From the NCBI GenBank assembly GCA_003427395.1, contig BFEA01000046.1, positions 3,326,919 through 3,390,709 on the forward strand: DNA of 63,791 nucleotides, given 5' to 3'. A model generated the notes under the pieces. That model was not told the DNA's origin, searched no databases, and saw only the letters and a list, made by a program, of their open reading frames with translations. This document shows positions 37,775 through 52,058 of the stretch, one piece after another (the stretch's first letter is position 1; each line of letters starts with the position of its first letter). This DNA comes from Chara braunii. Lineage: Eukaryota; Plantae; Charophyceae. The translations under genes were made by a program, and so were the position numbers.

Positions 37775-40720
37775 ATGAACCAGACTATGGAATCCAAACA
37801 TGTCTTCGACTTGCATTCCCATATGAAAATCCTGCAATTGACACCAACGAGCTCATCAGATAGTTTTCCTTTAGAAAACTCACACAGTGCGTTCTCCAAG
37901 AAAATAAGTCTTGCTTATCATGAAAGTTTCGGGGGTTGCATGCCCTCATCTGATAGTTGAACGAAATCGTCTGTAAGACTCGTACTGTATTCCTCCTCGG
38001 ACGTAGTTCGGGTGTCTGACGTTGTACAATCAACATCTTCAGCGAACAACTTTCGCATGGCCATGGCTACTTGTTTCACAACCTCTGATGAAGAGGGTAC
38101 TACTCAGTTGGTGAGCGTTGAATATTCATCGAAAGAACAACCCTCTTTCAGCGCGTTATTAGAGCAATGCAGTTATAGTGGTATGCAGTTGGTAGCCACC
38201 GATTATTCATCCGAGGAACTGTCCACACGCAAAGGGAAGTCCATCGAAACTGCAATATGATGATGCGATTCTTGTCCAAAGCACCTCTACGTCGGACAGG
38301 TCCAGCAAAACCGCTGCAGAAAAAATGTCAATATTGCGAGTTTTTTTCACACCTCTTCCAACGGAGAAAAAACCGTATAGCATGGCCAATAGAAAACCTA
38401 GAAGGAAAGGACAGTACAAAAGGGCGAAATATATGTTATCGGAGAAGAGATTACTAATAGTACGCAATATGGTTAGAGAAGGACTCGATGTTGTCACAAC
38501 ATCGAGCCGGAGGAAGTCCGCATTGTTAGAGAAGGACTCTACAGTAAGACGACGGAAGAGCGATCAGAGTGATGGATGATAAGCCTTAAGGATTTCACGG
38601 TTTACGAGGGGGGGCAAAGACGTGTCCGACCAGTAGAGTTGCAACGTTCTATGTGCGTTACAGCATACTCCAATGTTCATGGTGTCTCCCACAATACATT
38701 CTATAAGTACAAGAAGTTTTTCGACAATGACTTGGTGCATTGTCAACATGGGCTTAAGGGTAGATGTCAACCAAAAGAAAAGATTGTCGTCATGCTCGCA
38801 AGCATGAAACAATCCTTTGATTATCATGTAGATGGCATGTCGAACGAGGTGGTTCATCGAGGTGCAGTTTATAGATCGAAACCTCGCCTTCCTGTTGCTT
38901 TCACGAAGAGATCGATTTATGAGTCCATTAAACCAGACTTGTGGTTGTCGGCCTCAAAGTTATCTCTGAATCGAATTTTTATAAAATTTGGCAGAAACAT
39001 TTTTATCACACTACACTAGCACACTCGAGCACATTCACAAAGTGCGTAAACTGTGACGCTCTAAAATAACGTATACAATATGCAATCATTCCTCGTGATC
39101 CACAACAAGTAGAGAAGGAGATGAAAGTTCATTGAAAGCGGCAAGTTGCACACAGATTAGACTACAGTCGAGCGAAGGTTGATTCGATGATATAATCAGA
39201 TGAGTGTTTATGTTTCATCATTGACGATATGGATCAGAACAAGACGACGGGCCTCCATATTGGGCAAACCAATTACTCAAAAGCACTTAGACAACAGATG
39301 ATGATGAAGACAAATCTCACATGTGTAATTGCACATGGTAGACATCCTTGTATTTATGCGGACACATGGATGTCATATTTCAAACACGATTCGAACACTC
39401 TCACTACTTATCTCATGAGAACCCTCGTTGAAATTCAGGTGAGTGGGAAACCGCTTCCGTTGTTTCTGCTCATTCAAGCTGATAATTGTTGACGAGAAAA
39501 CAAAGAACAAATACGTATGTGCATTGACTGCAATGTTGGTTAAGTTCAAAGTTTTCAAGAAAGTGAAAGTGGGTTACATGATGATTGGGCATACCCATAC
39601 AAATGTTGACGCCTCTTTCAACATATTTTCGAAGAAATTGAAAGATTTATACACTTATATCATGAGCGAGTTCTTCGAGCTCTTAGAGCAATCCCACCAA
39701 AAGCCTCCTAAGTGTATTTTCCTCAATAGATTAGCAGATTGGATAAGTATCGTAAACTCGGTCGTTGCGACTGATATCGAAGGTATTTCGAAGCCGCACT
39801 TGCTTAAATTTTTGTTGGTTCGAGATAATCCAGTAACGTTTTACAAGAAGTTTTGCACAAACGACAAGTGGCTGTCCAATAAAGGTCTGATAGACTGGTC
39901 CAAACAGAACCCCAATGGTAGCTAAGTGGGTCCTTCGTGGCCATTTAGTCCGCCTCCTACAAAGTTTTTTCCTAAAAATGATTATTTGAATGGTCGGAAT
40001 GATGTTACTTAATTTCGCGGGTTTTTTTAAGGCAATCGGTCAACGTGGTGCACATACCATGAACACGAGGTGAGTCGCAGAGAAATAACATTGCCTTACT
40101 GGTAGGAGTTTATCAAACATGGTGACGAGAACATTGCAAACGAGTTTTCCACAGAACCTCTGGAACATTTTTTGTCAACGCCACATGTCTCCTGAATTGA
40201 TGAACATCCTTGTCGCAACAGTCCTCATGTCGACGACAGAGAACCCCTTTTTGCTGGACGAAGAAAATATCGGCCAAAGATAAATTTTGACCCTGTAAGG
40301 CATGTTCAAGAGACTTCCTTTTAATCCTTCGTCCATCCAATGACGACATTTCGAAAGGCATGCCAATTTGGGTAGGTAGAGCACTTTGTCGATTGGTTGG
40401 TGACAAAGGTTCAACATATTATAAAAAAGTATGAGTGGGATATTGAGTACCGACTCTAAGATGTAAGACGCTTGAAAGACTTTATGATAATGCATTGGAG
40501 AAAATATAGAAGCAGACTGATGTTACACAATGACAACCTACTAACTCGATCGTTTTTGGCTGGGAAAGAGAAACAAAAGGAACAAAGTCTTTAACGACTG
40601 GACTTATCATTCTTCCTAACGTTCGAGCGAATGTTGAACTTGCGCTTCAATATAAGAGTCCATTTATTCAAGAAATTGTTGATGAAGGAAACAAAAGGGA
40701 TGAGTGTTCATCATAAATTT
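37775..40720 (+). pseudogene. Decayed DDE transposase, Sola-like / DUF7869-type
   Basis: Fragments read FTKCVNCD, CFIIDDMDQNKT, KHDSNTL, LLIQADNC-(fs)-ENKNKYV, VFKKVKVGYMMIGHTHTNVDASF. The D..DQ.K / DNC..ENKN / GHTH..D signature is typical of Sola-related transposases. Confidence 0.75.
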
Positions 40721-43700
40721 CTTCAGCTCCCATGGTGTCCAAGCAAATAATATTTCCGGCTACGGGATTTTGGGACAGACATTAAAGAAGTGTGTTGAGA
40801 TCAAAACTTCACTTTTACTTTGGTTGTCACCATTCGAACCCTCATTGTATGCTCTACTCTCAATTCCTTTTTAACTTGCCAATGCATGAACCGTCTCTTC
40901 TCTCAATTCCGCCACTGCTTACTTGCCCTGCAGTTTCAAAGTCATATTTCATTTTTTTTTCAGCCTTATGCGTTCTCTTCTCTTAATTCGTTTGCTACTT
41001 TCACACGCTTGAGTTCAAAATGTCCATTCCGAGGCTATCTGCACGACATTGGTTTTCTTTCAAGGCTTCAATTATTTCACTACTTTGATGCGGTTCTGCT
41101 TCAAGTCATTTTTCAACTTTCAGAGTCTCTCTACATACTTGACTTTTCTAAGTTGTTTTGTGTGTGGTTTTTCAATCCCCAACCTCTCGGTGTGATGACG
41201 TCAACCACTTACTTAACTTTCAATTCAAAGTCTGTTAATGAAGTTATCCCGTTTAGTTTTTGTAACCAAAATTTTCGTTGTACTTCATTGTAGTATCACA
41301 AAATTCATTAAAGTGCGATGAAATTGATTATTCAAACTCTTTAACAATGTGTCTTAAAGCTTATCTTCGCTTTTTGCTTGAGTTTCAATTTATGATGTGT
41401 TAATCATTATGACATTGTCGTTTATGCTCATTTTTTGTAACGTCCCAAGTTTTCCTCACTTCTTCATAGCGTCAGATAAAACATCGAAGTGTGCTGAAAT
41501 CCGAAGTTCAAACTCTTTGAAAAACATCAAAGTGTCATAATTACATTCATTTTTCACTTCAGTTTCAATTAATAAGACTTAGTACTACTTGATAATCATG
41601 TCTGTGTCACAAAAAAAAACATTGAAGTGCGTTGGAATTCAAAGTTCAAATTATTTAACATTATCAATGTGTCATCGCATTCAATCTTTACTTAAATTTT
41701 AATTACCACTGTGTTTTCATATCATTTTGGCTCACTTCTTGTATCCTGGGTTTTCATTAGTTTATCATTGTAACACAAACTTATATCCCGAGTTTTCATT
41801 AGTTCATCGTTGTATCATAAACTTGTTCGTACTGCGTTGGAATCCAAAGTTCAAACTCTTCACTCCTCACTTGAGCTACAATTTGGAGGTTGTCAATCAT
41901 ATCCTTCAGGCCCACTTCTCATATCCTATGTTTCTTTCTAGTTTAAAATCGGGAGAATTCAACCTCAAAATAATAGCATATGAGTACCAATTTAAAATAT
42001 ATTGTCCACTTAACGAATAACACGTTATAAACTTATCATCCACGTCCTGTGCAAATTTTATAACTACCGCTATAATTTCTATGATATTGTGGGTAAGCCC
42101 AGCAACCCATTAAACAACTTAAAGGACCATCCCTCAATTCAGAAAAATTATGAAATTGTTTCATCTATAAAATTTTATGAAATAAAAAAGGACGAACACT
42201 ATGAAGTTATTGGATCCGTGCTCTATGCGGTCTACTAAAAAGTTCCCTCTAGGTTTGAAACCAAGGACAATTTTGTTGCAGTATGATCCCTATTCACAAA
42301 CTTGTACATTTCGTTTCTTGATCTCTGGTCCTTTTGAACTATAACGATGAAGAACCGCGGGTCATACCTCTGCGTTGTGAATAAACATCAGACTTTTTCC
42401 TTTCCCATATGCGAACCGGGGTTCGGTCTGGTAGTTACCGTTGCGCTGTGTACGGGTACATACCTTATTTGGGTAAATATCGATATCAGCAGCACCCTGC
42501 TCTTGGATATGGGTAGGTAATGTGACCAGCAATATTTTTTTTATTATTCGAGCGGAGGAAACCGTGAATGGTATCTTGGATGAGGTTCAAACAGGGTTTG
42601 GCGCGAGAGGTACCTTATGCAGTACTCAAGTGGTAGAGGGGGTCAACAGCGAGTGGTACTCTGCACCGTGTTTAACCGGAAATCATTACCAACAGTACCC
42701 TGTAATATATTCAAGCGAAGATTGTCATTAGTGATACTATTTGTACTATTCAAACGAGACTGCTATTAATGATACCCTATGTAATATACCTTTTGTGTTC
42801 TTACTAGCAACACTTTGTGTTGTATACGAACGAGGGTGGTACCTTGCATAGTACCTCAAATGTGATTGTCATAAGAGGAACAATAGGTAGTATTTGAGTG
42901 ATATGCTCTAAAATATTCAGGTATTTGATAGAACTTAAGGGGAAAACATGAATAGCAAGGATACTCTCATGATGCTCTACACCCTCAACTAAGATAAAAT
43001 GGAGGGATGAGAAATTAAAGTGTTTGAGGAAATTGAGTTTTACAAGAAAATAATGAGAGCAAGAACACTTGAACTGGTGAAGAATCAAAAGTTTATCGAG
43101 TATGTGATCTATTTTCACGGATTTGATGAGAAACTACACAACACATCCTCATCTATCAAAATTATCGACCAAGTTTGGAAGACTATCGACGGCCAGCATT
43201 GAGACACATGCAATACTGTTGGTTCGTAATTGAAAGGGGGTTAACCCCGCCGATTCACGAGGGGGAGCCCTATGAATTCCGATGATCTGATAGATGATTT
43301 CGGGCTAGGGATGCATGTCGTTTGCGGCGAGATTTCTCAAAAGAGGTATTTTAATCAACGATTGGCATTTCCGGGGGGCAGGTGGGTGGGCGGGTGGGTG
43401 GTGGCCAGGGGAAAAAAAGTTCGAGGTCGGGCGGGTAAGCGGGGGGGCGAGTACACCAACCCCAGTTGCAACCACCAAGCAAAAAGATTCAAATCCGAGC
43501 TATAATAACACAATAATATTGGTGAGGGCACGCAGTGGTCCGAAAAAAAAAAAAAAAAAAAAAATTATTTCGGACTAGCGAGCAGGCAGGCGCACGCACG
43601 AACCCCAACTACAACCACCAATTAGCAAGCTTCAAACCCACGGTACAGTAACAGTAACATGATAATATTGGTGTGGGTGGATGAGTGAGTGGTGGCCCGG

Positions 43701-45269
43701 AAATAAGAAAAAAATTGTGACACCCGATTTTATTTTTTTTGTAACAGACTACCTCCCGCTATCTTTTACTTCCCATCCCCAAAATAAAACATTGACCCTG
43801 CACATCAAGTAGTTGGTACCTCAACATCTGCACCTAGGTTCAAACCCCAATTGTGACCACCAAGTAGCAAGGTTCAAGTCCATACTAACATAATAATATT
43901 AGTGTGCGTGCATGCATAAATGGATGGGCATGAGGCGAAGGCGACCGAGCAGGCTGGCAGACACACTTTCCTTTTTTCCCTTTTGCATTTGACTATTCGA
44001 CTTCCCTTTCTCCCCTCTCACATGCTTTCCCGCTTCCTGTTTCCCCTTTTTTGCCCCTCGCAATCCTACCACGCTTTTGCAACTGCGTCTGACTTTTCTT
44101 TTTCCCTTATGGCGTGCTTTCCCACTTCCCTTTTTTGCCCCTCGCGATCGTGGCACGCTTTCCGCTTCCCCTCTCTACCCCTTGTGATCTCTGGCACATC
44201 AGCTTTGTGAGAGCGCACGCTCTATCACAATGCACGCCCTGACGCAGCACAACGCACACGACGCAATATTAAACATGTCAGAGCGCACGCCCTGACACCT
44301 CATCGTGAACTTGCTTTCAAATTGGTTTTTTTCCTTCCCGCGTACGGTGCCGTATGTGACCACGTTCAAACCCGAATTATGATCGTGTGAACCCTCCACA
44401 ATCGTGAAAATCCCTGACATTCTCTGGAGCTTTCTCCTATCGCTGACACCTTCCGACATTCCGTAGAGCTCTCTCCGACCATTGTCGCTCTCTGAAGCTC
44501 CCTCCAACCTCCTGCACATTCAGACAATTTTTTCGGCCACTCGGACTATTCAGATGTCCACCAAAGCTGCCACCAGGTGTCGACATAGTAAAGCGTCTAA
44601 GGACGAATCCTGATCGGCAAATCCACGAGCGAATGACAATGGGTTGTATTAGAACCCGCAATTGATAAAAATTAGGTTGACGCACTACCACTCACACACT
44701 GAGTGCGCACGCTCCCAGGGGCACGGATGTACACTGGGGTACAACCGCTCAGCACTAGACTTGGGGAGCCACCTGCAAGGGTGCCCACTAGATGCTGATT
44801 ACCTTACCGTACTTCCTGGGTCCCCGCAACGGTTGAGCGCGTGCCTCCCCTTGGGGTTGTCGAGGCCATGGGGGGGGAGTGGCTCCGGGAGGGGCAGGCT
44901 CAGTTGGCACGTGCGGGAGGAGTGAGGGGGTCACCCCTCGCCTAGCAGGGACCGTCGCGTCCCTGTAGCACCACGGTGGCTATGGTGCTTACGCCTCCCG
45001 GCCGTGGAGCCGCAGGGAGGTGAAGCCCTGAGTGGGTGTTGGGTGACCCCCGGCGCATCCGCCTGGTAGCGCCGGTCTGGGCGGATACTCCCAGGTGGGT
45101 AGCGAGGATTGTGAGTCTCCTCCTTGACAGATCACTGGGTAAGTGGGTGGGCCCGCTGCACCGTCAGTAGGGCTGACCCCAGCGCGGAAAGCCCTCTGGC
45201 GGACATCCTCCCTGGGTCATAACCCCCGACACCTCTACAACCCCTTTTAAAAATCAATAAGTTGTACTA

Positions 45270-45890
45270 AATAAAACAATGGTAAACGGCAGAAGGCAAC
45301 ATACCTAACACAAAAGACTCCACCAGCCAAAAAGCACTGACTACATCCAGCAATAGCCTGAAAAAAGGTGGACAGCCCTCCGAGTTAGCCCACAAGCAGA
45401 GCAACACTGAAACTCTTATTCTTCCCAAACCACTCACCTTCGTCACCACTATCTTTATCACTCAAGGGCCTAGCAGTCCCTATCTACTCTCTACACTCTG
45501 GAGTGTATAAACTACCACAATCCCAAAGACCACAAGATCTTCACACAACATTGGGAGGGTCACTGTTTAAAAGTTAAAAGAACCTCGAAGTCCTCGTTTC
45601 TTATATGTGCTCCAAAAGAGCAGCCAATGAGAATGACACCCACAGTAAACACTCTCTGAGCATCCTCGCCAAGCTATTGTCGCCAGAGTCCAAGCATACA
45701 TTCATAGAATCTCCACGCGACACTAAAAGCACTACTGCTTAAAACGCCATGGAAAGACCACCATCTTCCATGTGCTCCAAAAGAGAAGCCTATGGGAGTG
45801 ACACCCACAGCAAAGACTCTCTGAGCCTCCTCACGACGATACCGTAACCATGACTCCAAACGAACATTCCTGCCCAAAAACAATTGTGGC
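45270..45890. repeat. Satellite-like repeat family also present at 57655-58710
   Basis: Shared segments ggtaaac.gcagaaggcaacatacctaaca, accacaatcccaaagaccacaa and tgtgctccaaaagagcagcc occur on both sides of the Gypsy element. Confidence 0.75.
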
Positions 45891-46158
45891 CACCCACAAA
45901 CATGCCTCCATCTACAGACAGGCCATGCTCTACCGCAGAGCAAAGAATTAGGCAATGCCATGTACGAATAGAGAGCATCCAACAAATTATCCAACGACAA
46001 AAAGGAATAGCTCGTTAGTACGAGCCCGATCCTAGTCGTTCAAATGTGCCAAGGCGGAGAGCTAGCAAGACCGGAGTGTGTGTTTGTCAACATCCCCGAA
46101 CTTTCTCTTTCATTCTATCCACATACCATCACAAACAATCTTTAAACATAAAAAATAT

Positions 46159-47179
46159 TGCAATAAACCGCTCAAATATGCATATGTTGTCGGCCAAGGG
46201 GGCCACCCGCAGGCCACAGTTCGACCTCAAGGCCCTGCGTCCGACTATGTGAAACAAGGCCCCTGAAACGAGGCTTCAGAGGCCCTGCGCCCTACAGTTG
46301 ACCGAAGTCAACTGTAAGTCGGAATATTGAGACTCACTAGTCAAAGTCTTCACGGACCCAGTCCAGGCCACCAATCAGACACACACACTTGGTTGTACAC
46401 AAGTATCCAGGCAGCATTTGGTCCAAGTGGGAGTCTGTAACTGTACGCGATCCAGGCCGTCGACTGTGAGTCACTTTGAGCCTTTGTACGTGGGAGACCA
46501 GAGGCTGGTCAACGACATCAACATTAGTTACTGACCCAACCCTTGGGGGTCAACATTCAATCTTGCATTTTCTGCTTGATGCTGATATGATGCAGGCTGG
46601 ACATTGGCCTGAAGTTGGCAAGACGCTGGCATTATGTGACGACGACATGAGGCTATTGCATTTTCTGGGCGCCAGCTGTCTTCTTGGTTGCTGACATGGC
46701 TCATGCCACGCTGTCTTTGGCATTCCTGTTGTGGCGCATGCCATACTGTTTTCGACAAAAATCGGGGATACGACAAGGAGGGAGATAGGGAACTGTTGGA
46801 TTGATTGAGTGAGAGAGAGAGAAACTTATTGATCTTGTCGACATTGCGCGTCGCAGTAACGTATTCATGGACGATCTGTGCGTACATGACACTATGTTGT
46901 GATCAATCTCGTCAGACTCGTTATTGGGATATTGTTTGCCGATATGGACGTAGGGAGATGCCGAAGAAGTGGGATTGAGGGGCATCTATCTACAAGGACA
47001 TTGATGGATACTTTCTCTTCCAACCTCTAAGTCCATTCTCCCTCCTATCAACTTCGTCCTATGCTTACGAGATATTGTATTACAGATCACATTTCATGAT
47101 TATTGGAGATATTTATCAGCGCTTAGTCATCATGTATTTCGACACTTGACGGGTTTTTCTCCTGACTGGGCTCATTACA
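46159..47179 (+). repeat. 5' LTR
   Basis: Aligns with 56542-57561; the start is supported by a third related LTR beginning with the same TGCAATAA.CCGCTC at 63021. Confidence 0.88.
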
Positions 47180-50100
47180 ATTTGGTATCCTACCTGCTTT
47201 GTCGCGATCTCCTGTTGGGTGCTTCAATGCACCAAGGTAAACACGGGGGGTGCCGAGCGCATTGAATCACGTCTATAGACTCACGCGATTATCATCGCAA
47301 TCTGGACACTGCCACGAGCGTGCTCGCACTTAGTATGGCAAAGGTGATGACAAGTATATCTTGGATCTGAAACAACTCGTAGTATGGGATTAGTTTATTA
47401 AATTCCTATTTAACTTTATAAATTTATTTATTTTGATTTGATTAGATAATTAAAAAAAACAAAATATAATAGAAGATAAATAAGATAAGTTAAATACAAT
47501 GAAAATCTGTAATTGATAAATAACATGGACTTGAAGAAGAAGAAAGCGACATTGCTGACGTGGCGCATTGTTGCAGAGGTGGCGATCGGTGACCGGCGAG
47601 AGCATCGTTGGTTGTGGTGTTGACGTGGCGCTAGACGATCGAGCACAGAGAGAGAGAGAGAGAAAGAGAGGGTGGGTGGGTGGGGGGGGGAGTTGCTGAC
47701 GTGGCATTGGGAGCACTGCCTACATGGCATGGCGAGTGGGTGCTGACATGGCATCCAAGAATCAATGAGATATTGTTTGACGTGGTACTTACCTGCTAGC
47801 ATGGCGCTTCGGAACTCCAGCGGTATCTTCAGTCTGACGTGGCATACCAATGACGAATGGGCTTGGCGGATAGTGGGTTGTTGACGCAACACACTAGTTG
47901 ATGGCCTTGGTGGCCATTAACCCTGATGTGGCATACTCCGTGGATGGGCTGGGTTGGCCAGACTAGGGTGTGACACGTGGAAGTTGGGGTGCGCTGCCAT
48001 TACCCTAAAGATTGGTGAGGGATTAACACTTGCACTTTGTGCATTTACGGGCGGTACGACACTAGGTTACGTCGTAGTGCCACTCGCCAGTCCTGGTGCA
48101 TGACAGGAGTATCTGCAGTGACATAGCGAGAGGTTGTGCAACTGACACATTGATTGTTTGTGTTGTTGTTGGCTGACTCTACTAACTGTCTTGGGTTGTT
48201 CTGTGGATGCTTGCTACTCACCAACTGTGTTGTTATCTTGATCACACTCGCCGTGGCTGCAGTACCTGTACACTCTCAGATAGTAACGTCATCACACAGA
48301 TAAACAACATAATTAAAAATAGATAAATTTGAAGAATCTGAATCCTTATTTATTTGCTTGTATTTTTCTTTGCCGTCGAGAAGAAACTGAAGTGAGGCCG
48401 TGAAATTTTCTAATTGTCTTCTTAAGTTTATTGTATGGCAAACTCACTCGTTAGGATGACTTTCATGTGGAATTGTCTGCGTGTGTCCATTCTGACCTAC
48501 TTTATTCTTCATTTCTTCTACCCCATCTCCATCAGTCTCTTTGCTGATGAAGAAGAGGTAGTGATAAAGATCCATGGCCAAATAGAAGAACGACGACAAC
48601 AAATGTTGAACCGTCTTCATACATTGCTCCAAGAGATGCAAGACGCCGACCTCGAGATTGGACAACATGTAAGCAGCCTGTTCGGTCTGCGAGCGGCAGA
48701 AGACGAATTGAATAAGGTTGAAACTGCTGTCTAAATATTGGAAACCAGTAAAAGAGTGCAGCAAACAATTGATCGAGCGCGGATGACCCTCGATCATTTT
48801 GTTGTTGAGCAATTTGCGAAGATGACAAGTAGGGAAGAGGCCAAAGAAGAAGGGAAAGTGAAAGCGTCCGAAAGAAAATAAAAATTGATAAAAGAAATCA
48901 TGAACCACATTATCAGACAACTGCAAACTGCATTGGAAGAAGAATTGGAAAAGAGAGAAGCCTACCAGAAGAAGAAGAGGGAAAAAGAAGAAAAGGCAAA
49001 AAAAGTAAAAGAAATTAGGCAAAAATTTGATGTAGAGGGTTCATAAATCGACTTGGCATCAGTTCTACAAAACATGATGGCTTACCTCGCCCGCTTAGAA
49101 ATAAAGATTGACAATGTCACTGTCGAACTGCAGACGGTGACAAGACTCGTAAAAGGAAAGAACAAAGTGGTGCATGAGGAGGTGACCGAGGGAAAATAAT
49201 ACAAGAAGACTCGTAAAGGAAAGAACAAAGTGGTGCATGAGGAGGAGAACGCGGGGAAAGAATAGAGGAAGGAACCCCAAGAAAAGTTGATGAAAGATGC
49301 CATGAAGTCTCATAAAGAACCTGAGACCTCAAAGAAAGAGGAACCGACACAGGAGTCGACGAAGAAAGAATCCGGTCCTGCAAAGAAGGAAGTTTGAAAG
49401 AAGAAAAAAACGGTTAAGATGAAACTTCCATTCACGTACAGCGGTAAGCGGGGGGAACAACTGCTATTGTGGATAGCAGAGATACAAACTTACTGCAACA
49501 CCACTCTTGTTGAGGCCGAAAACCAAGTTGCATTTTCGACCTTCTGTCTTGGTGAAGTTGTCAAGGAATGAGTCTTGTCTGAAGCCAATGTCGCTGGCTT
49601 TGAAGATATAGGTGAGTGGGCCAAAGCCATGACACTCAAGGAGTTTCTCCAAAAGATCAAGGAGAGATTCCTTGACAAAACGACGGCTGACAAAACCTTT
49701 GATGAACTCACTACAATCAGTCAGAAGTGTTGGATAATTGTGGATGCTTTGTCTTGCGAAGTGGATCGTTTGTTGCAGGTACCCGGTTTGAACCTGCAGG
49801 ATAACCAAGTCTTTTACATCTACTCTCGCGCATTGCCCGAGCCTATCCGTGGATAGCTCATGGCCGAAGAAAAATCCGGTAAGTATAACTATAGACAGTT
49901 TCGTGACCTCACGCTCCAGAGGGAGCAAATTACAGCACAGGTGAACGACACCTATGCGTTTGTTGTACGAAGTGGACTGTCAGGTGGATTCGGGAACGGC
50001 AAGAGGATCTTGTGGAGACAGACACACCCTCGTCGTCTTCGATGACGACACAATGGAGAAGTAGTCCCTCGACGAGGCCGAGGGTGCAGCAAACGGTGGT

Positions 50101-52058
50101 AGTGAGTCTGGGAAGGGTGCTACTGCTATGGTGGCCAATAAGGGTGGCACCAATTCAGGTGGACACAAGAAGAAGAGACCACGCTCCTTCCTGGAGCATC
50201 TCGACATTGCAACCGGAAGGCCCTGGGATAAAATGAACTTGACACACAAAGAATGGCAGGAACGGATGAACAATCGGAAGTGTCTGAAGTGTGGCACTAC
50301 AAGGCACATTATTGCATGGTGCCCCCTCATCCGTAACCCAAAAGGGAGCGACCAGTTGGAGTAGCATTTGCCTTTACTGAGTTTGAGGATTCAGGAAAAG
50401 GTAAGGCGCCTGGAACCCCTTTCAACCCCCCAACTCGCATAGAAGAGGATGACTCTTCTTCGGTCGATCGCTCAGAACACCTTGAGACTCTTTTGTATGT
50501 TGTCTCTCTGGGCGATACCTTTGACGAACTCGGTGATGAACTGATTGCTTTGAGAAGTTCGTGGTCTAAGAAAGCGAAGTCTAAGGGTGAACTGATGATT
50601 GCTAACATTAAGATTGCACATACACTAGTAAGTGCTTTATTAGATTATTGGTCAACGAGATCCTTCATTTTATAAAAGGTAATTAAGAAATTGCATCTGG
50701 GAATGAGAGCGCGGAACCTTCCGCAACCTATCAAGTTTATGCTTGCAGATAAAAACACGATCACTGTCTCTCAATATGTTAGTTGTTTTTTTTCGAACGA
50801 AAGAAGGAAAATGAATACTACATGAAGTGACCTTCCTCGAAGAGAAAAACCTACCCTTTAACTTGATTCTTGGAATGGATTGGCACGAGGAGGCCGACCC
50901 ATAAATCAAATTCAAAGATAAGATTGTTAATCCGAAGGATAAAAAATCCAACTTGAAACCAATCAAACTATTTCATAAATCTTGTTTTGACTCGTCATTG
51001 TCTTTTTGTTGCACGAGTCTTCTTGCTTTTCGAAGTATAGCCACGAAAAAAAGTTGGCCCATGACGTAATGATGGTACTCGTAAAACGAGTCGGTAAGTG
51101 TTATTCGTCATATCCTCGTTCTATAGAAAAAATTCTAAATGAATTTAAGGACTTGCAAATTGAACCAGCGGGGATAACTGAACATGCTATTAAACACACT
51201 ATTGAATTCGTTCCTGGAAGAAAAATTCCCAAAGGACCCATCTATTGAATGTCTCATAGGAAATTAGAAAAATTAAAGAAAAAACTTCAAGAACTTACAG
51301 AAAAAGGATGAATTTGACCAACTCCTCTCTCTATGGTGCTCCTGTTTTATTCGTGCTAAAAAAGGAAGGAGAACTTATACTATGTATTGATTACCGAGAA
51401 CTGAATTTTGTCACTGTGAAAAACGTGGAACGTCTTCCTCGCATCGACGATTTGCTTGATTAGTTCCAGGGATGTGAGTATTTCAGTAAGATTGATCTGA
51501 AGTCAGGATACCACCAGATCGAGGTGACACCTGAAGATCAACACAAGACTGCCTTCCGAACCAAGTATGTGGTTATGCCTTTCAGATTTACCAATGCACC
51601 TGCTATTTTTCAAAGGTCTATGAATGAATTATTTCGTCAATGGCTGAATCGGTTCGTAGTAGTGTATCTCGATGATATCCTCGTGTATAGTAAAACACTT
51701 GAGAAACATGAGAAACACTTGCGAAGGATTCTACAGAAGTTGCGAGAATGAAACTACAAACTTAACCCTAAAAAATATAAGTTTGCTTAATTTGAGGTGT
51801 TATACCTTGGACACATAGTGAACGAAGAAGGATCAAGGCCTGAAGAGAAGAGAATCACAACAATTAGGGATTAGCCAAGACCTAAGACTGCCACTAGACT
51901 AAGATCTTTTCTAGGACTTGCTAGTTACTACAAGAAGTTTGTAAGGAACTTCTCATTGATAACTGCGTCTATGAGAAGACTCTTGAAGAAAGAAAAACCT
52001 TGGTTATGGGATAAAGATTACGAGTCTGGATATAAAAAGTTAAAGCATGTGTTAACTC

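Noticed and set aside
44703-45240. Group II intron
   Set aside because: A GTGCG start is present but no domain V catalytic hairpin or maturase is recognisable.
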